Shown: positions 21,281 through 31,469, counted from the first letter of the stretch. The stretch: DNA of 56,671 bases from an uncultured Clostridia bacterium (GCA_947632145.1 CANRNW010000005.1:1-56671); one strand, 5' to 3'. The notes: generated from the sequence alone by a model not told the origin. A program made the numbers and translations.

Positions 21281-22807
21281 ATGGATAAAAAACTTACAAT
21301 GTTAATGATATTAGATGGCTATGGAATAAATACAAATGATGATGGAAATGCTGTAAAACAAGCAAATACACCAACTTTAGATAAACTAATGAAACAAAAT
21401 CCAAATACACAAATACATACAAGTGGGTTAGATGTTGGTTTACCAGATGGACAAATGGGAAATTCAGAGGTAGGTCATACAAACATTGGTGCAGGAAGAA
21501 TTGTGTATCAGGAATTAACAAGAATAACAAAATCAATTGAAGATGGAGATTTCTTTAGCATACCAGAACTTGTAGAAGCTATAGAAAATTGTAAGAGAAA
21601 TCACTCAAAGTTACACATAATGGGATTATTATCAGATGGAGGAGTTCACAGTCATATACGTCATTTATATGCTTTACTAGAACTTGCTAAGAGAAAGGAT
21701 TTTGAGGATGTATATGTACATTGTTTCCTAGATGGTAGAGATACACCACCAGCATCAGCCGAAACATATATTGCAGATTTGGAAAAGAAGATGGATGAAA
21801 AAGGTGTTGGAAAAATAGCTAGCATAACAGGTAGATTTTATGCTATGGACAGGGATAAAAGATGGGAAAGAATAGAAAAAGCATATAGAGCACTAGTTTT
21901 CGGAGAAGGAGAAAAGGCAGGAAGTGCAATAAAAGCAATAGAAGACTCTTACCAAAAAGAAGTGTTTGATGAATTTGTTGTTCCAACAGTTATTTGTAAT
22001 GGAGATGAACCAATTGCAACAATTGGAAATAACGATTCAGTAATATTCTTTAATTTCAGACCAGATAGAGCAAGAGAAATAACAAGAACTCTTGTAGATA
22101 AAGATTTCAATGAATTTGAAAGAAAAATATTCAATTTATATTATGTATGTTTCACAAATTATGATGAAACATTACCAAATGTTAATATTGCATTTAAAAA
22201 AGATGAAATAAAGAATACATTTGGAGAGTATATAAGCAAATTAGGGTTAAAACAATTAAGAATAGCAGAAACAGAAAAATACGCACATGTTACATTCTTC
22301 TTTAATGGTGGAGAAGAAAAACAATATCCAGGAGAAGATAGAATACTTGTGCCATCACCAAAAGTAGAAACATACGATTTAAAACCAGAAATGAGTGCAA
22401 TAGAAGTTACAGACAAAGTTGTAGATGCAATAATGAGTGAAAAATATGACTGTATAATATTAAACTATGCTAATCCAGATATGGTTGGACATACAGGAAA
22501 TTTTGATGCAGCAGTTAAAGCATTAGAAACAATAGATGCGTGTGTTGCAAGAGTTGTAGAAGCTGTAGAATCAAAACAAGGAACACTACTAATAACAGCA
22601 GACCACGGAAATTCAGAGCAAATGATAGATTATACAACAGGAGAGCCACACACAGCACATACAACAAATCCTGTACCACTTATATTAGTGGGTAGAGAGT
22701 ATAAACTAAAAACAGGAAAACTTGCAGATTTAGCTCCAACAATGTTAGATTTAATGGGAGTTGAAATTCCATCAGAAATGACAGGAGAATCATTATTGAT
22801 AAAATAG
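21281..22807 (+). CDS. gpmI: 2,3-bisphosphoglycerate-independent phosphoglycerate mutase
   Basis: [23 protein letters not shown] and ADHGN motifs. 508 aa. Confidence 0.95.
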   Translation: MDKKLTMLMILDGYGINTNDDGNAVKQANTPTLDKLMKQNPNTQIHTSGLDVGLPDGQMGNSEVGHTNIGAGRIVYQELTRITKSIEDGDFFSIPELVEAIENCKRNHSKLHIMGLLSDGGVHSHIRHLYALLELAKRKDFEDVYVHCFLDGRDTPPASAETYIADLEKKMDEKGVGKIASITGRFYAMDRDKRWERIEKAYRALVFGEGEKAGSAIKAIEDSYQKEVFDEFVVPTVICNGDEPIATIGNNDSVIFFNFRPDRAREITRTLVDKDFNEFERKIFNLYYVCFTNYDETLPNVNIAFKKDEIKNTFGEYISKLGLKQLRIAETEKYAHVTFFFNGGEEKQYPGEDRILVPSPKVETYDLKPEMSAIEVTDKVVDAIMSEKYDCIILNYANPDMVGHTGNFDAAVKALETIDACVARVVEAVESKQGTLLITADHGNSEQMIDYTTGEPHTAHTTNPVPLILVGREYKLKTGKLADLAPTMLDLMGVEIPSEMTGESLLIK

Positions 22808-22870
22808 GCAAGTGATAATAATGTTATTAATATTATAATATATATATGTAAAATGAAAGGAGCAATAAAA

Positions 22871-23563
22871 ATGATTTATTCAAAAGAAGTAGAAGAAATG
22901 TGTCCAGTTGCAAAAGGAGTAGACCATGGACCTGCACCAATTCCAGAAGAAGGAAAATGGGTAAAATCTAAAGAAATTAAAGATATTTCAGGATTGACAC
23001 ATGGTATTGGTTGGTGTGCACCACAACAAGGAGCATGTAAATTAACATTAAATGTTAAAGAAGGAATAATACAAGAAGCATTAGTAGAAACAATAGGATG
23101 TTCAGGAATGACACATTCTGCAGCAATGGCTGGAGAAATATTAGTAGGAAAGACAATATTAGAAGCATTGAATACAGACTTAGTTTGTGATGCTATAAAT
23201 ACAGCAATGAGAGAATTATTCTTACAAATAGTATATGGAAGAACACAATCAGCATTTTCAGAGGGAGGACTTCCAATAGGTGCTGGACTAGAAGATTTAG
23301 GAAAAGGAACAAGAAGTCAAGTTGGAACAATATATTCAACTTTATCAAAAGGACCAAGATACTTAGAATTAGCTGAAGGATACATAACAGACATAGGATT
23401 AGATAAAGATAACCAAATAATAGGTTACAAATATGTAAATTTAGGAAAAATGATGGAAAACATAAAAAAGGGAATAGAACCATTAGAAGCAATAGAAAAA
23501 GCTGCAGGAAAGTATGGAAGATTTGATGAAGCTGTTAAAGTTATAGATCCAAGAAAGGAATAG
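22871..23563 (+). CDS. NifU/IscU-N-terminal-like iron-sulfur scaffold-type protein (partner of GGGtGRT protein)
   Basis: IscU-like segment ETIGCSGMTHSAAMAGEILVGKTILEAL plus Cys residues in GWCAPQQGACKL. ATG 22871 follows RBS aaaggag. Confidence 0.65.
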   Translation: MIYSKEVEEMCPVAKGVDHGPAPIPEEGKWVKSKEIKDISGLTHGIGWCAPQQGACKLTLNVKEGIIQEALVETIGCSGMTHSAAMAGEILVGKTILEALNTDLVCDAINTAMRELFLQIVYGRTQSAFSEGGLPIGAGLEDLGKGTRSQVGTIYSTLSKGPRYLELAEGYITDIGLDKDNQIIGYKYVNLGKMMENIKKGIEPLEAIEKAAGKYGRFDEAVKVIDPRKE

Positions 23564-23575
23564 GAGGAAAAAGAA

Positions 23576-24574
23576 ATGGCACTATTTGAAAGTTATGAAA
23601 GAAGAATTAATCAAATAAAACCAGTAATGGAAAAATATGGAATAAAAGATTTTGAAGATGCACTAAATATTTGTAAGGAAAAAGGATTTAATCCTTATGA
23701 TATAACAAAAAGTGTTCAACCAATATGCTTTGAAAATGCTTGTTGGGCATATACATTAGGTGCAGCAATAGCAATAAAAAAAGGAGATAAGAAAGCAGCA
23801 GATGCAGCTAAATCAATAGGAGAGGGATTACAAGCATTCTGTATTCCAGGTTCTGTTGCAGATGATAGAAAAGTTGGTTTAGGACATGGAAATTTAGCAT
23901 CAATGTTATTATCAGAAGAAACAAAATGCTTTGCGTTCTTAGCAGGACATGAAAGCTTTGCAGCTGCTGAAGGTGCAATAGGAATTGCAAAATCAGCAAA
24001 TAAAGTTAGAAAAGAACCATTAAAAGTAATATTAAATGGACTTGGAAAAGATGCAGCACAAGTAATATCAAGAATAAATGGATTTACATACGTAAAAACA
24101 GATTTTGACTTCTTCACAGGAAAAGTAAATGTAGTAGAAGAAATTGCTTATTCAGATGGAGAAAGAAGCAAAGTAAGATGTTATGGTGCAAATGATGTTA
24201 GAGAAGGTGTAGCAATAATGCACTTAGAGGATGTAGATGTATCAATAACAGGTAACTCTACAAACCCTACAAGATTCCAACATCCAGTTGCAGGTACATA
24301 TAAAAAAGAATGTATAGAATTAGGAAAGAAATATTTCTCAGTAGCATCTGGTGGTGGAACAGGAAGAACATTACACCCAGACAATATGGCAGCAGGACCA
24401 GCATCTTATGGTATGACAGATACAATGGGAAGAATGCACTCAGATGCTCAATTTGCAGGAAGTTCATCAGTTCCAGCTCATGTTGAAATGATGGGATTGA
24501 TAGGAATGGGTAACAACCCAATGGTTGGTGCAACAGTTGCAGTAGCAGTTGCTGTAGAAGAAGCAATGAGATAG
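23576..24574 (+). CDS. 'GGGtGRT' family protein (conserved, function unknown)
   Basis: Contains the eponymous motif ASGGGTGRTLHPDNMAAGPASYGMTD. RBS aggagg upstream, 12 nt after the preceding stop. Confidence 0.7.
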   Translation: MALFESYERRINQIKPVMEKYGIKDFEDALNICKEKGFNPYDITKSVQPICFENACWAYTLGAAIAIKKGDKKAADAAKSIGEGLQAFCIPGSVADDRKVGLGHGNLASMLLSEETKCFAFLAGHESFAAAEGAIGIAKSANKVRKEPLKVILNGLGKDAAQVISRINGFTYVKTDFDFFTGKVNVVEEIAYSDGERSKVRCYGANDVREGVAIMHLEDVDVSITGNSTNPTRFQHPVAGTYKKECIELGKKYFSVASGGGTGRTLHPDNMAAGPASYGMTDTMGRMHSDAQFAGSSSVPAHVEMMGLIGMGNNPMVGATVAVAVAVEEAMR

Positions 24575-24585
24575 AAATTACAATT

Positions 24586-24631
24586 AAAAAAAACGGGCAT
24601 ACAAAATTTTAAGTATGCTCGTTCTTTTTTT
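24586..24631. terminator. Bidirectional intrinsic terminator
   Basis: acgggcatac / gtatgctcgt stem flanked by an A-run and a T-run, between convergent genes. Confidence 0.75.
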
Positions 24632-24634
24632 AAA

Positions 24635-24829
24635 CTAATCAGATACTTTTTTATAAAATGTAAGAGACCAAATACCGGAAATACCTACTAGTATATATAT
24701 TATTCTAGATAAAATACTTCCTGCACCAAATAGAGTATCTACAAGGTTAAAATCAATTAGGCCAACTAACAACCAGTTTAAAGCACCGATTATAACAAGA
24801 GTTAATGCAATCCAATTTATGATTTTCAT
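24635..24829 (-). CDS. DUF378 small membrane protein
   Basis: 64 aa with two TM helices and GALNWLLVG, typical of DUF378. RBS aaggaggg upstream on the minus strand. Confidence 0.8.
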   Translation of the reverse strand: MKIINWIALTLVIIGALNWLLVGLIDFNLVDTLFGAGSILSRIIYILVGISGIWSLTFYKKVSD

Positions 24830-24893
24830 AGCTAAACCCTCCTTCGTACTATTATATACAAAGTAATAATTTTTATGTATAAATAAAAAATTT

Positions 24894-25757
24894 TTATGTT
24901 ATTATTTTATTAAAAAATCGATAAGTAGAAATATAACTTGGTCTGTTAAAACGTTTTAACTGATATAAACATTCTGGATTTTTCGTTATAACATTAACTC
25001 CTTCATTACAAGAAAGACTTGCTTTAAATCCTAATTTTTTTATTACATCCAAAGAATCTTTACTAATTGCACCAAAGGGATATGTAAAAGTATTTGGAAT
25101 GTATCCTGCTTTGTATTCAAATTCTTGTTGCAATTTATAAATATCAGAATAAAGCATTACTTCGTATTCTTTTTTTGACTCATTTTTGTTTTTCATACAT
25201 CCTTTTCGTTTATATGTATTACTGTGTAAATCATATGTATGGTTTTGAAACTCTATTATATTAGAATCTATTAACTGTTTTATGTCTTTCCAACGTAAAT
25301 AACTATAATTAGGATTTGCTTCATCACTTTCAGAATATGAATCAGTATATTTTCCAACAATAGATATAACTGCAACCATATTATACTTTTTTAATAATGG
25401 TACAGCATATGTTAAATTATTATAGTGACCATCATCAAATGTAATTATAATTGGTTTTTCAGGAAGAGGAGAGTCATAGTAAACATACTTTATTAAATCT
25501 GTCATTGTGATTGTTGTAAATCCATTTTCAGCTATGTATTTTAGATCTTCTTCTAATATATCTGGACTAATTGTATAAGTACCACTTTGAGATTTTAAAA
25601 TGCTATGGTACATAATAATTGGAACATGTATTGAATTTTCATTTATTGCTTTTACTGATGTGTATATAAAAGTTCCTGTAAACATAATTATAAATGCTAA
25701 TAATATATAAAAAATTTTATAATTAAATTTAAAAACTTTAATATGTACCATACACAT
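24894..25757 (-). CDS. Polysaccharide deacetylase (CE4) family protein with N-terminal anchor
   Basis: VPIIMYHS and TFDDGHYN (NodB-type) motifs. The start may be a few codons downstream of 25757. Confidence 0.8.
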   Translation of the reverse strand: MCMVHIKVFKFNYKIFYILLAFIIMFTGTFIYTSVKAINENSIHVPIIMYHSILKSQSGTYTISPDILEEDLKYIAENGFTTITMTDLIKYVYYDSPLPEKPIIITFDDGHYNNLTYAVPLLKKYNMVAVISIVGKYTDSYSESDEANPNYSYLRWKDIKQLIDSNIIEFQNHTYDLHSNTYKRKGCMKNKNESKKEYEVMLYSDIYKLQQEFEYKAGYIPNTFTYPFGAISKDSLDVIKKLGFKASLSCNEGVNVITKNPECLYQLKRFNRPSYISTYRFFNKIIT

Positions 25758-26829
25758 ATTTCTCTCTTGGAATAGAAGGATCTATTATTTTATTTTTTCT
25801 ATAAAATTCATAAGTATCAGTATTTCTATAAACTTCAGATTTATGTTTTCTTAAAAATTCAATAATTTGATAAACATCAATCCATATCTGATTAACACCA
25901 TCTTTTTGACTTTCATCAAAAATTAACTGTATTCCAAAATGTAAATGAGGAACATTTATGTTATTAACATTTTCTTTAATACTATATCCAGTCATTCCTA
26001 AGTAGCCAATTACATCTCCAGCAGTTACTATTTGACCTTCAGATAAATTTTCTGCATATGGCCTATCTTTTCTTAAATGTGCATAATAATAGTAACGTTT
26101 GTTATCAAAGCTTCTAATTCCAATACGCCAACCACCATACTGATTCCATCCAAGACATTCTACTATTCCAGATTCAACAGCAATAATAGGTGTACCAATA
26201 CTTCCCATTAAGTCATTACCTAAATGAACACGCTTGTAACCGTATGACCTTGAATTACCAAAATCATCATAATGGCTGAAGCTATAATTTGAAGCAATAG
26301 GAAGATATGCCTTTATGCCATATTTTTTAATATAAGTTTTATTTCCTGAGTCATCAGTAGATTCTGTTTCAAAATCTCCAATAAATTCGTGTAAAACTGC
26401 ATCATAGGCTTCATAGAAATATGAGTAATTTTTATATTTTTTAGTTAACTCTTCCATAGTTTTTCCGCTTCTTAAATTATCTATCAAACTATTCAAATCC
26501 TTTTGATTAAATCTTTTAAAATCACCACCATATTTACAAGCTAAGAAACTAATTAGTTCAATCCAGTTTAATTTAATATCTTCATCATTTGTATGTGAAT
26601 CTATGTCTAATTTAGAGGTCTTATCCAAAACTTCAAAAGTAGGAGTAAAGTCTACCCATTTAATGTATTTTTTGCTTTCGTTTTCTACAACCCAGTTATC
26701 CCAGTTTACATTTGCATTAACAGAGATTGTATTTAAGTTGTACGATATTTGAAAAATAATTATAGTAACTAAAAAAATTGGCAAAATAAAAAATAGTGTA
26801 TGAAATCTTTTAATACTTTTTTTATTCAA
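25738..26829 (-). CDS. M23 family metallopeptidase with N-terminal TM anchor
   Basis: HLGNDL ... GYLGMTGYS ... PHLHFGI (HxxxD/HxH LytM motifs). TTG 26829 follows RBS aagaggtg; the longer track ORF (to 27036) lacks an RBS. Confidence 0.8.
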   Translation of the reverse strand: MNKKSIKRFHTLFFILPIFLVTIIIFQISYNLNTISVNANVNWDNWVVENESKKYIKWVDFTPTFEVLDKTSKLDIDSHTNDEDIKLNWIELISFLACKYGGDFKRFNQKDLNSLIDNLRSGKTMEELTKKYKNYSYFYEAYDAVLHEFIGDFETESTDDSGNKTYIKKYGIKAYLPIASNYSFSHYDDFGNSRSYGYKRVHLGNDLMGSIGTPIIAVESGIVECLGWNQYGGWRIGIRSFDNKRYYYYAHLRKDRPYAENLSEGQIVTAGDVIGYLGMTGYSIKENVNNINVPHLHFGIQLIFDESQKDGVNQIWIDVYQIIEFLRKHKSEVYRNTDTYEFYRKNKIIDPSIPREKYVYGTY

Positions 26830-27036
26830 AACAATACACCTCTTAAGAATAATTATAATCAAATATATTAAATTTATGATAGTTTTTTTATCTATGGTTA
26901 AACTAAAAATAATATAAACATAAGTCATTTTCGGTGACTGTTCTTTTAAGTGAGGAATACAAGAAACTTGTCTACTAAAAAAAGGAAATGTTACGATAGT
27001 GACATGGGATTTTAATTGACATTTTGGAGGGAACAA

Positions 27037-27990
27037 ATGCTACAAAATATTATAATGATGATTATTGGATTTGTTATACTAATAAAAGGCGCAGATCTTG
27101 TTGTTAAAGGTGCTGTAGGACTTAGTAGAAAGCTAAATTGGTCAGAAATGTTAGTTGGAATAGTTCTTGTAGGAATTGGAACATCTTTACCAGAATTAGT
27201 TGTAACAATCAATTCTTCTTTAATAGGAGAGTCAGATATAATTTTAGGAAATGCTATTGGAAGTTCAATATGCAATATATTGCTAGTTGTAGGAATTGCA
27301 GGGATGGTTAGACCAATGAAAATAGATAAAAGACTTTGTAAAACTCATTTATCAATGTCTTTGCTAACTATAATCGTATTATTTTTAATTTGCAATTATG
27401 GAAGTAATGTCTTCTTAGGAATAGATAGGATAGAGGCAATTATTTTATTGATTATGACTGTCCTTTACACAATATTTACTTTTTTTGAAGGAAAAGAGGT
27501 AGGGGAGGATGAATCAAAAACCCCGGAAAAAACATCTAACAAAATGTCAATGTTAAGAATACTAATTTATATAGTACTTGGAATGATTGGGTTAAAATAT
27601 GGAGCAGATTTTGTAATAAATGAAGCGACAAATATTGCTAATTATTTTGGCGTAAGTCCAGCAATTATCAGTTTAACTATTATTTCAATAGGTACAGGTT
27701 TACCAGAAATTGCAACATCTATTATGGCATCAATTAGGAATGATTCGGATTTAGCAGTTGGAAATGTAATCGGATCTAATATATATAACTTGTGTTTATT
27801 ACCAAGTATAGGTGCACTAATAAGCCCAATAGGGTATTATAAAACTTTTAATGTTACAATTATATTTTTATTGTTTTCAACTATTGTTACATTGATATTA
27901 GTAAATTATAAAAACAAAAGTATGTTAAGTAGAAAGAAAGCGTTTGTTTTACTATTATTATATTTTGCATATATTGTTAATTTATTTTAA
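27037..27990 (+). CDS. Ca2+/Na+ antiporter (CaCA, YrbG-like)
   Basis: Two alpha-repeats (GTSLPELVVT and GTGLPEIATS) in a polytopic membrane protein. ATG 27037 follows RBS ggaggg. Confidence 0.85.
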   Translation: MLQNIIMMIIGFVILIKGADLVVKGAVGLSRKLNWSEMLVGIVLVGIGTSLPELVVTINSSLIGESDIILGNAIGSSICNILLVVGIAGMVRPMKIDKRLCKTHLSMSLLTIIVLFLICNYGSNVFLGIDRIEAIILLIMTVLYTIFTFFEGKEVGEDESKTPEKTSNKMSMLRILIYIVLGMIGLKYGADFVINEATNIANYFGVSPAIISLTIISIGTGLPEIATSIMASIRNDSDLAVGNVIGSNIYNLCLLPSIGALISPIGYYKTFNVTIIFLLFSTIVTLILVNYKNKSMLSRKKAFVLLLLYFAYIVNLF

Positions 27991-27997
27991 AATTATC

Positions 27998-28026
27998 TAG
28001 ACAAGAATAATAAAATGTGTTAATAT
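27998..28026 (+). promoter_or_regulatory. Promoter of tRNA-Leu(CAA): TAGACA, 17 nt, TGtTAATAT
   Basis: The 19-nt core taaaatgtgttaatataat (28011-28029) is identical to 33426-33444 upstream of the second tRNA-Leu. Confidence 0.55.
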
Positions 28027-28045
28027 AATAAACGTATCAGCAATT

Positions 28046-28128
28046 GCCGATGTGGCGGAATTGGCAGACGCACTAGACTCAAAATCTAGCGGGAAACCAT
28101 GTGGGTTCGAGTCCCACCATCGGTACCA
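28046..28128 (+). tRNA. tRNA-Leu (anticodon CAA), CCA encoded
   Basis: Folds manually into a cloverleaf: acceptor gccgatg/catcggt, anticodon arm ctaga-ctCAAaa-tctag, a long variable arm, T-arm gtggg-ttcgagt-cccac, and a 3' ACCA. Confidence 0.88.
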
Positions 28129-28183
28129 GTATGGATGTTTTTATGGGATTTGATGTTCTATAAAGACATCTTTTTATTTTATA

Positions 28184-28227
28184 TAAAAAAAGAATTAACC
28201 ACTCTCTTTAAATCTATTGAGAGTGGT
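28184..28227 (-). terminator. Intrinsic terminator of the 28239..28613 gene
   Basis: accactctc / gagagtggt stem. On the minus strand it is followed by a T-run (plus-strand aaaaaaa). Confidence 0.65.
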
Positions 28228-28238
28228 AATCCTTTGAC

Positions 28239-28613
28239 CTATTCGGTCATCTTTTGGAATTCAATTACGTTTTCGTATTCACTAAAAAACGGAATTCTCC
28301 AACCGATTACTGTGAAAGTGTAGGTTTCGCCAACTTCTATTTCTGCGTAGTCATCAGCTGTGTTCCACCTTCCTTTAATCAATGTGTCTTCCATTGAGAA
28401 CACTCTGGTTTCTCCATTTTCTGTTTTTGTGAATACAAGAAACTTTGAACTGGAATCATAATTCTTGATGTCCTTGTCCGTTACTGTTACCGTATAGTTT
28501 TTTTCACTATAATAGCTGATAAAGCAGAGTACTGCTACTATTATAGCAATAACAATTCCTATACATATCAATGCCTTTGCTACCCAACCGCTGTTTTTCC
28601 GTTCACAATACAT
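28239..28613 (-). CDS. Small membrane-anchored protein, DUF1523-like (assignment from memory)
   Basis: N-terminal TM helix, then a beta-rich domain ending in GWRIPFFSEYENVI. Visibly GC-richer than its neighbours. Contains an in-frame CGG (Arg5). Confidence 0.6.
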   Translation of the reverse strand: MYCERKNSGWVAKALICIGIVIAIIVAVLCFISYYSEKNYTVTVTDKDIKNYDSSSKFLVFTKTENGETRVFSMEDTLIKGRWNTADDYAEIEVGETYTFTVIGWRIPFFSEYENVIEFQKMTE

Positions 28614-28714
28614 AATTGTATCCTCCTTATTTTTTGGCTATTGCCATATGATAAATATATTATACAGTTTGTTACATAAAAAGTCAAATTTGACAACATG
28701 GTAGGAGTTTCCTT

Positions 28715-29539
28715 TTATAAATTATGTGATTTTTCTATAGGCAACCACCATTCTGTATGATCTTTATAATAAACTTCTATTTCTGGAATGTTTCGAATAT
28801 TATAACCAGAATAAGGTATCCAATTTTTATAAACATAGAAGCTTAAATTAGACATAGCTTCTCCATTAACTTTTTCCACATTAAATATAGCCCATGTTGA
28901 TTCTGGAATAATAAATTTTGAACTATTAACAAAATATTTCTTTGAAGCTATATGATATTTCGCTGTTTTGGGGTTAGGAAAAAGCTCATCATATTCAATA
29001 ATCCCATAAGTAGTGTCATTAAAAATTTCTGTGTAACTATTATTAGATTTTAGTTTTTTCCAAAAATCAGGTGCAACAACTTTTATATCTTGTATATTAC
29101 ATTTTTTAGAAACTGTATAAAAATTTAAATTATTTTCTTTTCGTATTTTAAAATCAAGTTTAATGTTATTTGCAATATTATTTGCAAAAGTATATGGGGG
29201 AAAGTTCTTTAAGTATTTAGAATTTTGTTTCACTTCACTTGGTTTTATTCCATGAAATTTTTTAAATGCTCTTGAAAATGAAATTGGAGAATCATATCCA
29301 TATTTTAGGCTTAAGTCTATTATCTTAATGTTAGAATTTATAAGTTCAAGTCCTGCCATACTTAATCTTCTATTCCTAATATATTCAGTAAGAGAAATTC
29401 CTGTTATAAAATTAAAAATTCTATATAAAGTATATTCGTTAACACACAAAATTTGGCAGATTTTTTCTATTGATATTTCATCTGTTAAATTATTTTCTAT
29501 ATATTTAATTACTTCATTTAATTTATCAAAATTATTCAT
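28715..29539 (-). CDS. AraC-family transcriptional regulator with GyrI-like effector-binding domain
   Basis: N-terminal HTH (LSMAGLELINSNIKIIDLSLKYGYDSPISFSRAFKKFHGIKPSE). C-terminal GyrI-like half (WAIFNV...IPEIEVYY). Confidence 0.85.
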   Translation of the reverse strand: MNNFDKLNEVIKYIENNLTDEISIEKICQILCVNEYTLYRIFNFITGISLTEYIRNRRLSMAGLELINSNIKIIDLSLKYGYDSPISFSRAFKKFHGIKPSEVKQNSKYLKNFPPYTFANNIANNIKLDFKIRKENNLNFYTVSKKCNIQDIKVVAPDFWKKLKSNNSYTEIFNDTTYGIIEYDELFPNPKTAKYHIASKKYFVNSSKFIIPESTWAIFNVEKVNGEAMSNLSFYVYKNWIPYSGYNIRNIPEIEVYYKDHTEWWLPIEKSHNL

Positions 29540-29650
29540 ATTTATATTACTCCATAGAAATATTATAGCATAAAACTAACTTTAATGATACTAAAAAAGT
29601 TAAGAAAATATATTTATAAAAAAGTATAATTATATAGGGGAGTAATGTAA

Positions 29651-30301
29651 ATGGAATTTTCAGAATTAATTAAAAAAAGATTAACAACATTGAATTATAC
29701 AAATAAAAAAGTAAGTAATGAAGATATGAACCAAATTATAGAAAGTGCAATAATTGCACCATCAGCAAAAAATAGGCAACCATGGAGATTTTATATATTA
29801 ACAGATAAACAAAAAAATTATATTGCAGATAAAATGGAAAACTGGATAAATAATACTGGACTAGTAACAACAATAAAAAGAAGTGCGAATTTAATAAGGC
29901 AAGTTGGAAATTGTGTTTTGATATATAGTAACAAATGGAGTTCAGATAATATAGATAGAATAAAAAATCCACAAAAACTATTAGATGGTAAAGATATTGA
30001 AAACATGGTTATAATGCATGATTATTATTTTGATAGGATTAAGGCAGATACATTATCTGTTGGAGCAGCAGTAGAAAATATGATATTAAAGGCTACAGAA
30101 TTAGGAATAGACACAACTTGGCTTTGTGATGTTTTGTTTATAGATGATGTTATAAATGAGTATTTAGATTTAAAGGATAAAGAATTAATTTGTGGAGTGG
30201 CATTTGGATATAGAAATCAAAATCCTATAAGAAAAGGAAGATATAAAAAAGAATATTTAATAGTAGGTGAAGAAAATGAAAGAAAAAAGCTTTGCAGATA
30301 G
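29651..30301 (+). CDS. Nitroreductase-family flavoprotein
   Basis: APSAKNRQPWRFYIL motif and a typical approx. 215-aa size. Confidence 0.85.
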   Translation: MEFSELIKKRLTTLNYTNKKVSNEDMNQIIESAIIAPSAKNRQPWRFYILTDKQKNYIADKMENWINNTGLVTTIKRSANLIRQVGNCVLIYSNKWSSDNIDRIKNPQKLLDGKDIENMVIMHDYYFDRIKADTLSVGAAVENMILKATELGIDTTWLCDVLFIDDVINEYLDLKDKELICGVAFGYRNQNPIRKGRYKKEYLIVGEENERKKLCR

Positions 30302-31469
30302 AATAAAAGTTGATTTAAGCGATACAAAAGAAAAAGAAGCTTTAAGAAAAATAGCTGGATTTGATAAAAAACTTCAACATAAAACATTTGAAAATGTGAG
30401 AAAACATAATGATTTAATAGTTCATATTAGAGAAAATATATATGGTAATAGAAAAGTAGTACAAGCCCAATTTAAAACCTTAGGTTGCAGAATGAAAAAA
30501 GCAGGTTCTTGTTGGAACTGCAATTATGGAGTGGTTGATAAATGTTTAATTACTCCACATCAATACATAAAAGCTTTTAGAAGAGAATTGCAAAATGTAG
30601 ATGGTAATGTATTAGTTTTAGAATCTTTAGGAAGTATAACAGATCCAAAAGAATTTGATAGTAAAGTCTTTAATGAAATAATAAAAGATGCAATAGAAAG
30701 TGAAAAATTTCAATCTATACTAGTAGAAACATATTTAAATCAAATTCCTGAAGAATTAGTGCAATATATATATGAAGTTAATAATGGAAGGAAACGAATT
30801 GGATTTGAAATTGGAATTGAAGATATGGATCCAGAAAATAGAAAATTAATAAATAAAATTGGACTTGAAAACAATAAATTGATTGAAGTTTATAATATGT
30901 TACAGAAGTACGGTATGAATTTAGGTATAAATTTAATTTATGGATTCCCTTTTATGAACGAACAAGAAAGAATCGATTCTGTTGTAAATTCAGTAAAAAG
31001 TATTAGTAAAAACTTACCAGAAGCAGAAGTAGTATTATTTTTAATGAGCATCAAAGAAAATACCATTATGGAATATATGCAAAAGAAAGGAATATATACA
31101 CCTGCTAATCCGTGGGGATTAGTTGAAACTACAAAAGAACTGTTGTTAGATAAAGATATTGAAAATTTAATTACATTTTCTTGGTTTGGAGAAAAGGAAG
31201 ATCCATATATTAAAGAACAAACTTGTTACACTTGCCCACATTGCAAAGACTTGATAGTAGATTTTTTTAGAAATATAAATGGAACATTTAATTTTGATGA
31301 AAGAAGAAAATTATTGAAACAATTATTAATACAAGCAGAAAGTTTAGAATGCGAATGTTATGAGTCATTTAAGTTACAACTAAAAGAAAATGATGGTAAA
31401 AATCCAAATATTAGATACAAAGAGTTTATTGGAAGGGCAAATGAGTTAATAGATAATGAAAGAGAATAA
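30276..31469 (+). CDS. Radical-SAM-type protein of the TIGR01210 / RaSEA-like family (non-canonical Cys spacing)
   Basis: TLGCRMKKAGSCWNCNYG cluster, an Elp3-type TIM-barrel-sized body and a C-terminal CYTCPHC pair. ATG 30276 follows RBS aggtga and overlaps the nitroreductase 3' end by 26 nt. The family call is from memory. Confidence 0.6.
   Translation: MKEKSFADRIKVDLSDTKEKEALRKIAGFDKKLQHKTFENVRKHNDLIVHIRENIYGNRKVVQAQFKTLGCRMKKAGSCWNCNYGVVDKCLITPHQYIKAFRRELQNVDGNVLVLESLGSITDPKEFDSKVFNEIIKDAIESEKFQSILVETYLNQIPEELVQYIYEVNNGRKRIGFEIGIEDMDPENRKLINKIGLENNKLIEVYNMLQKYGMNLGINLIYGFPFMNEQERIDSVVNSVKSISKNLPEAEVVLFLMSIKENTIMEYMQKKGIYTPANPWGLVETTKELLLDKDIENLITFSWFGEKEDPYIKEQTCYTCPHCKDLIVDFFRNINGTFNFDERRKLLKQLLIQAESLECECYESFKLQLKENDGKNPNIRYKEFIGRANELIDNERE

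Noticed and set aside
26830-27036. N-terminal extension of the M23 peptidase ORF (track start 27036), and similar extensions of gap (18114), galE (41268), the NifU-like gene (22853), MFS (54845) and DHHW (52041)
   Set aside because: The upstream starts lack Shine-Dalgarno sequences. Internal starts have well-spaced RBSs and match the family N-termini.
28099-28323. ORFs overlapping the tRNA genes: 28099..28323(+), 33498..33752(-) and 33595..33798(-)
   Set aside because: They start inside or run across tRNA-Leu and terminator structures. No RBS and no homology.
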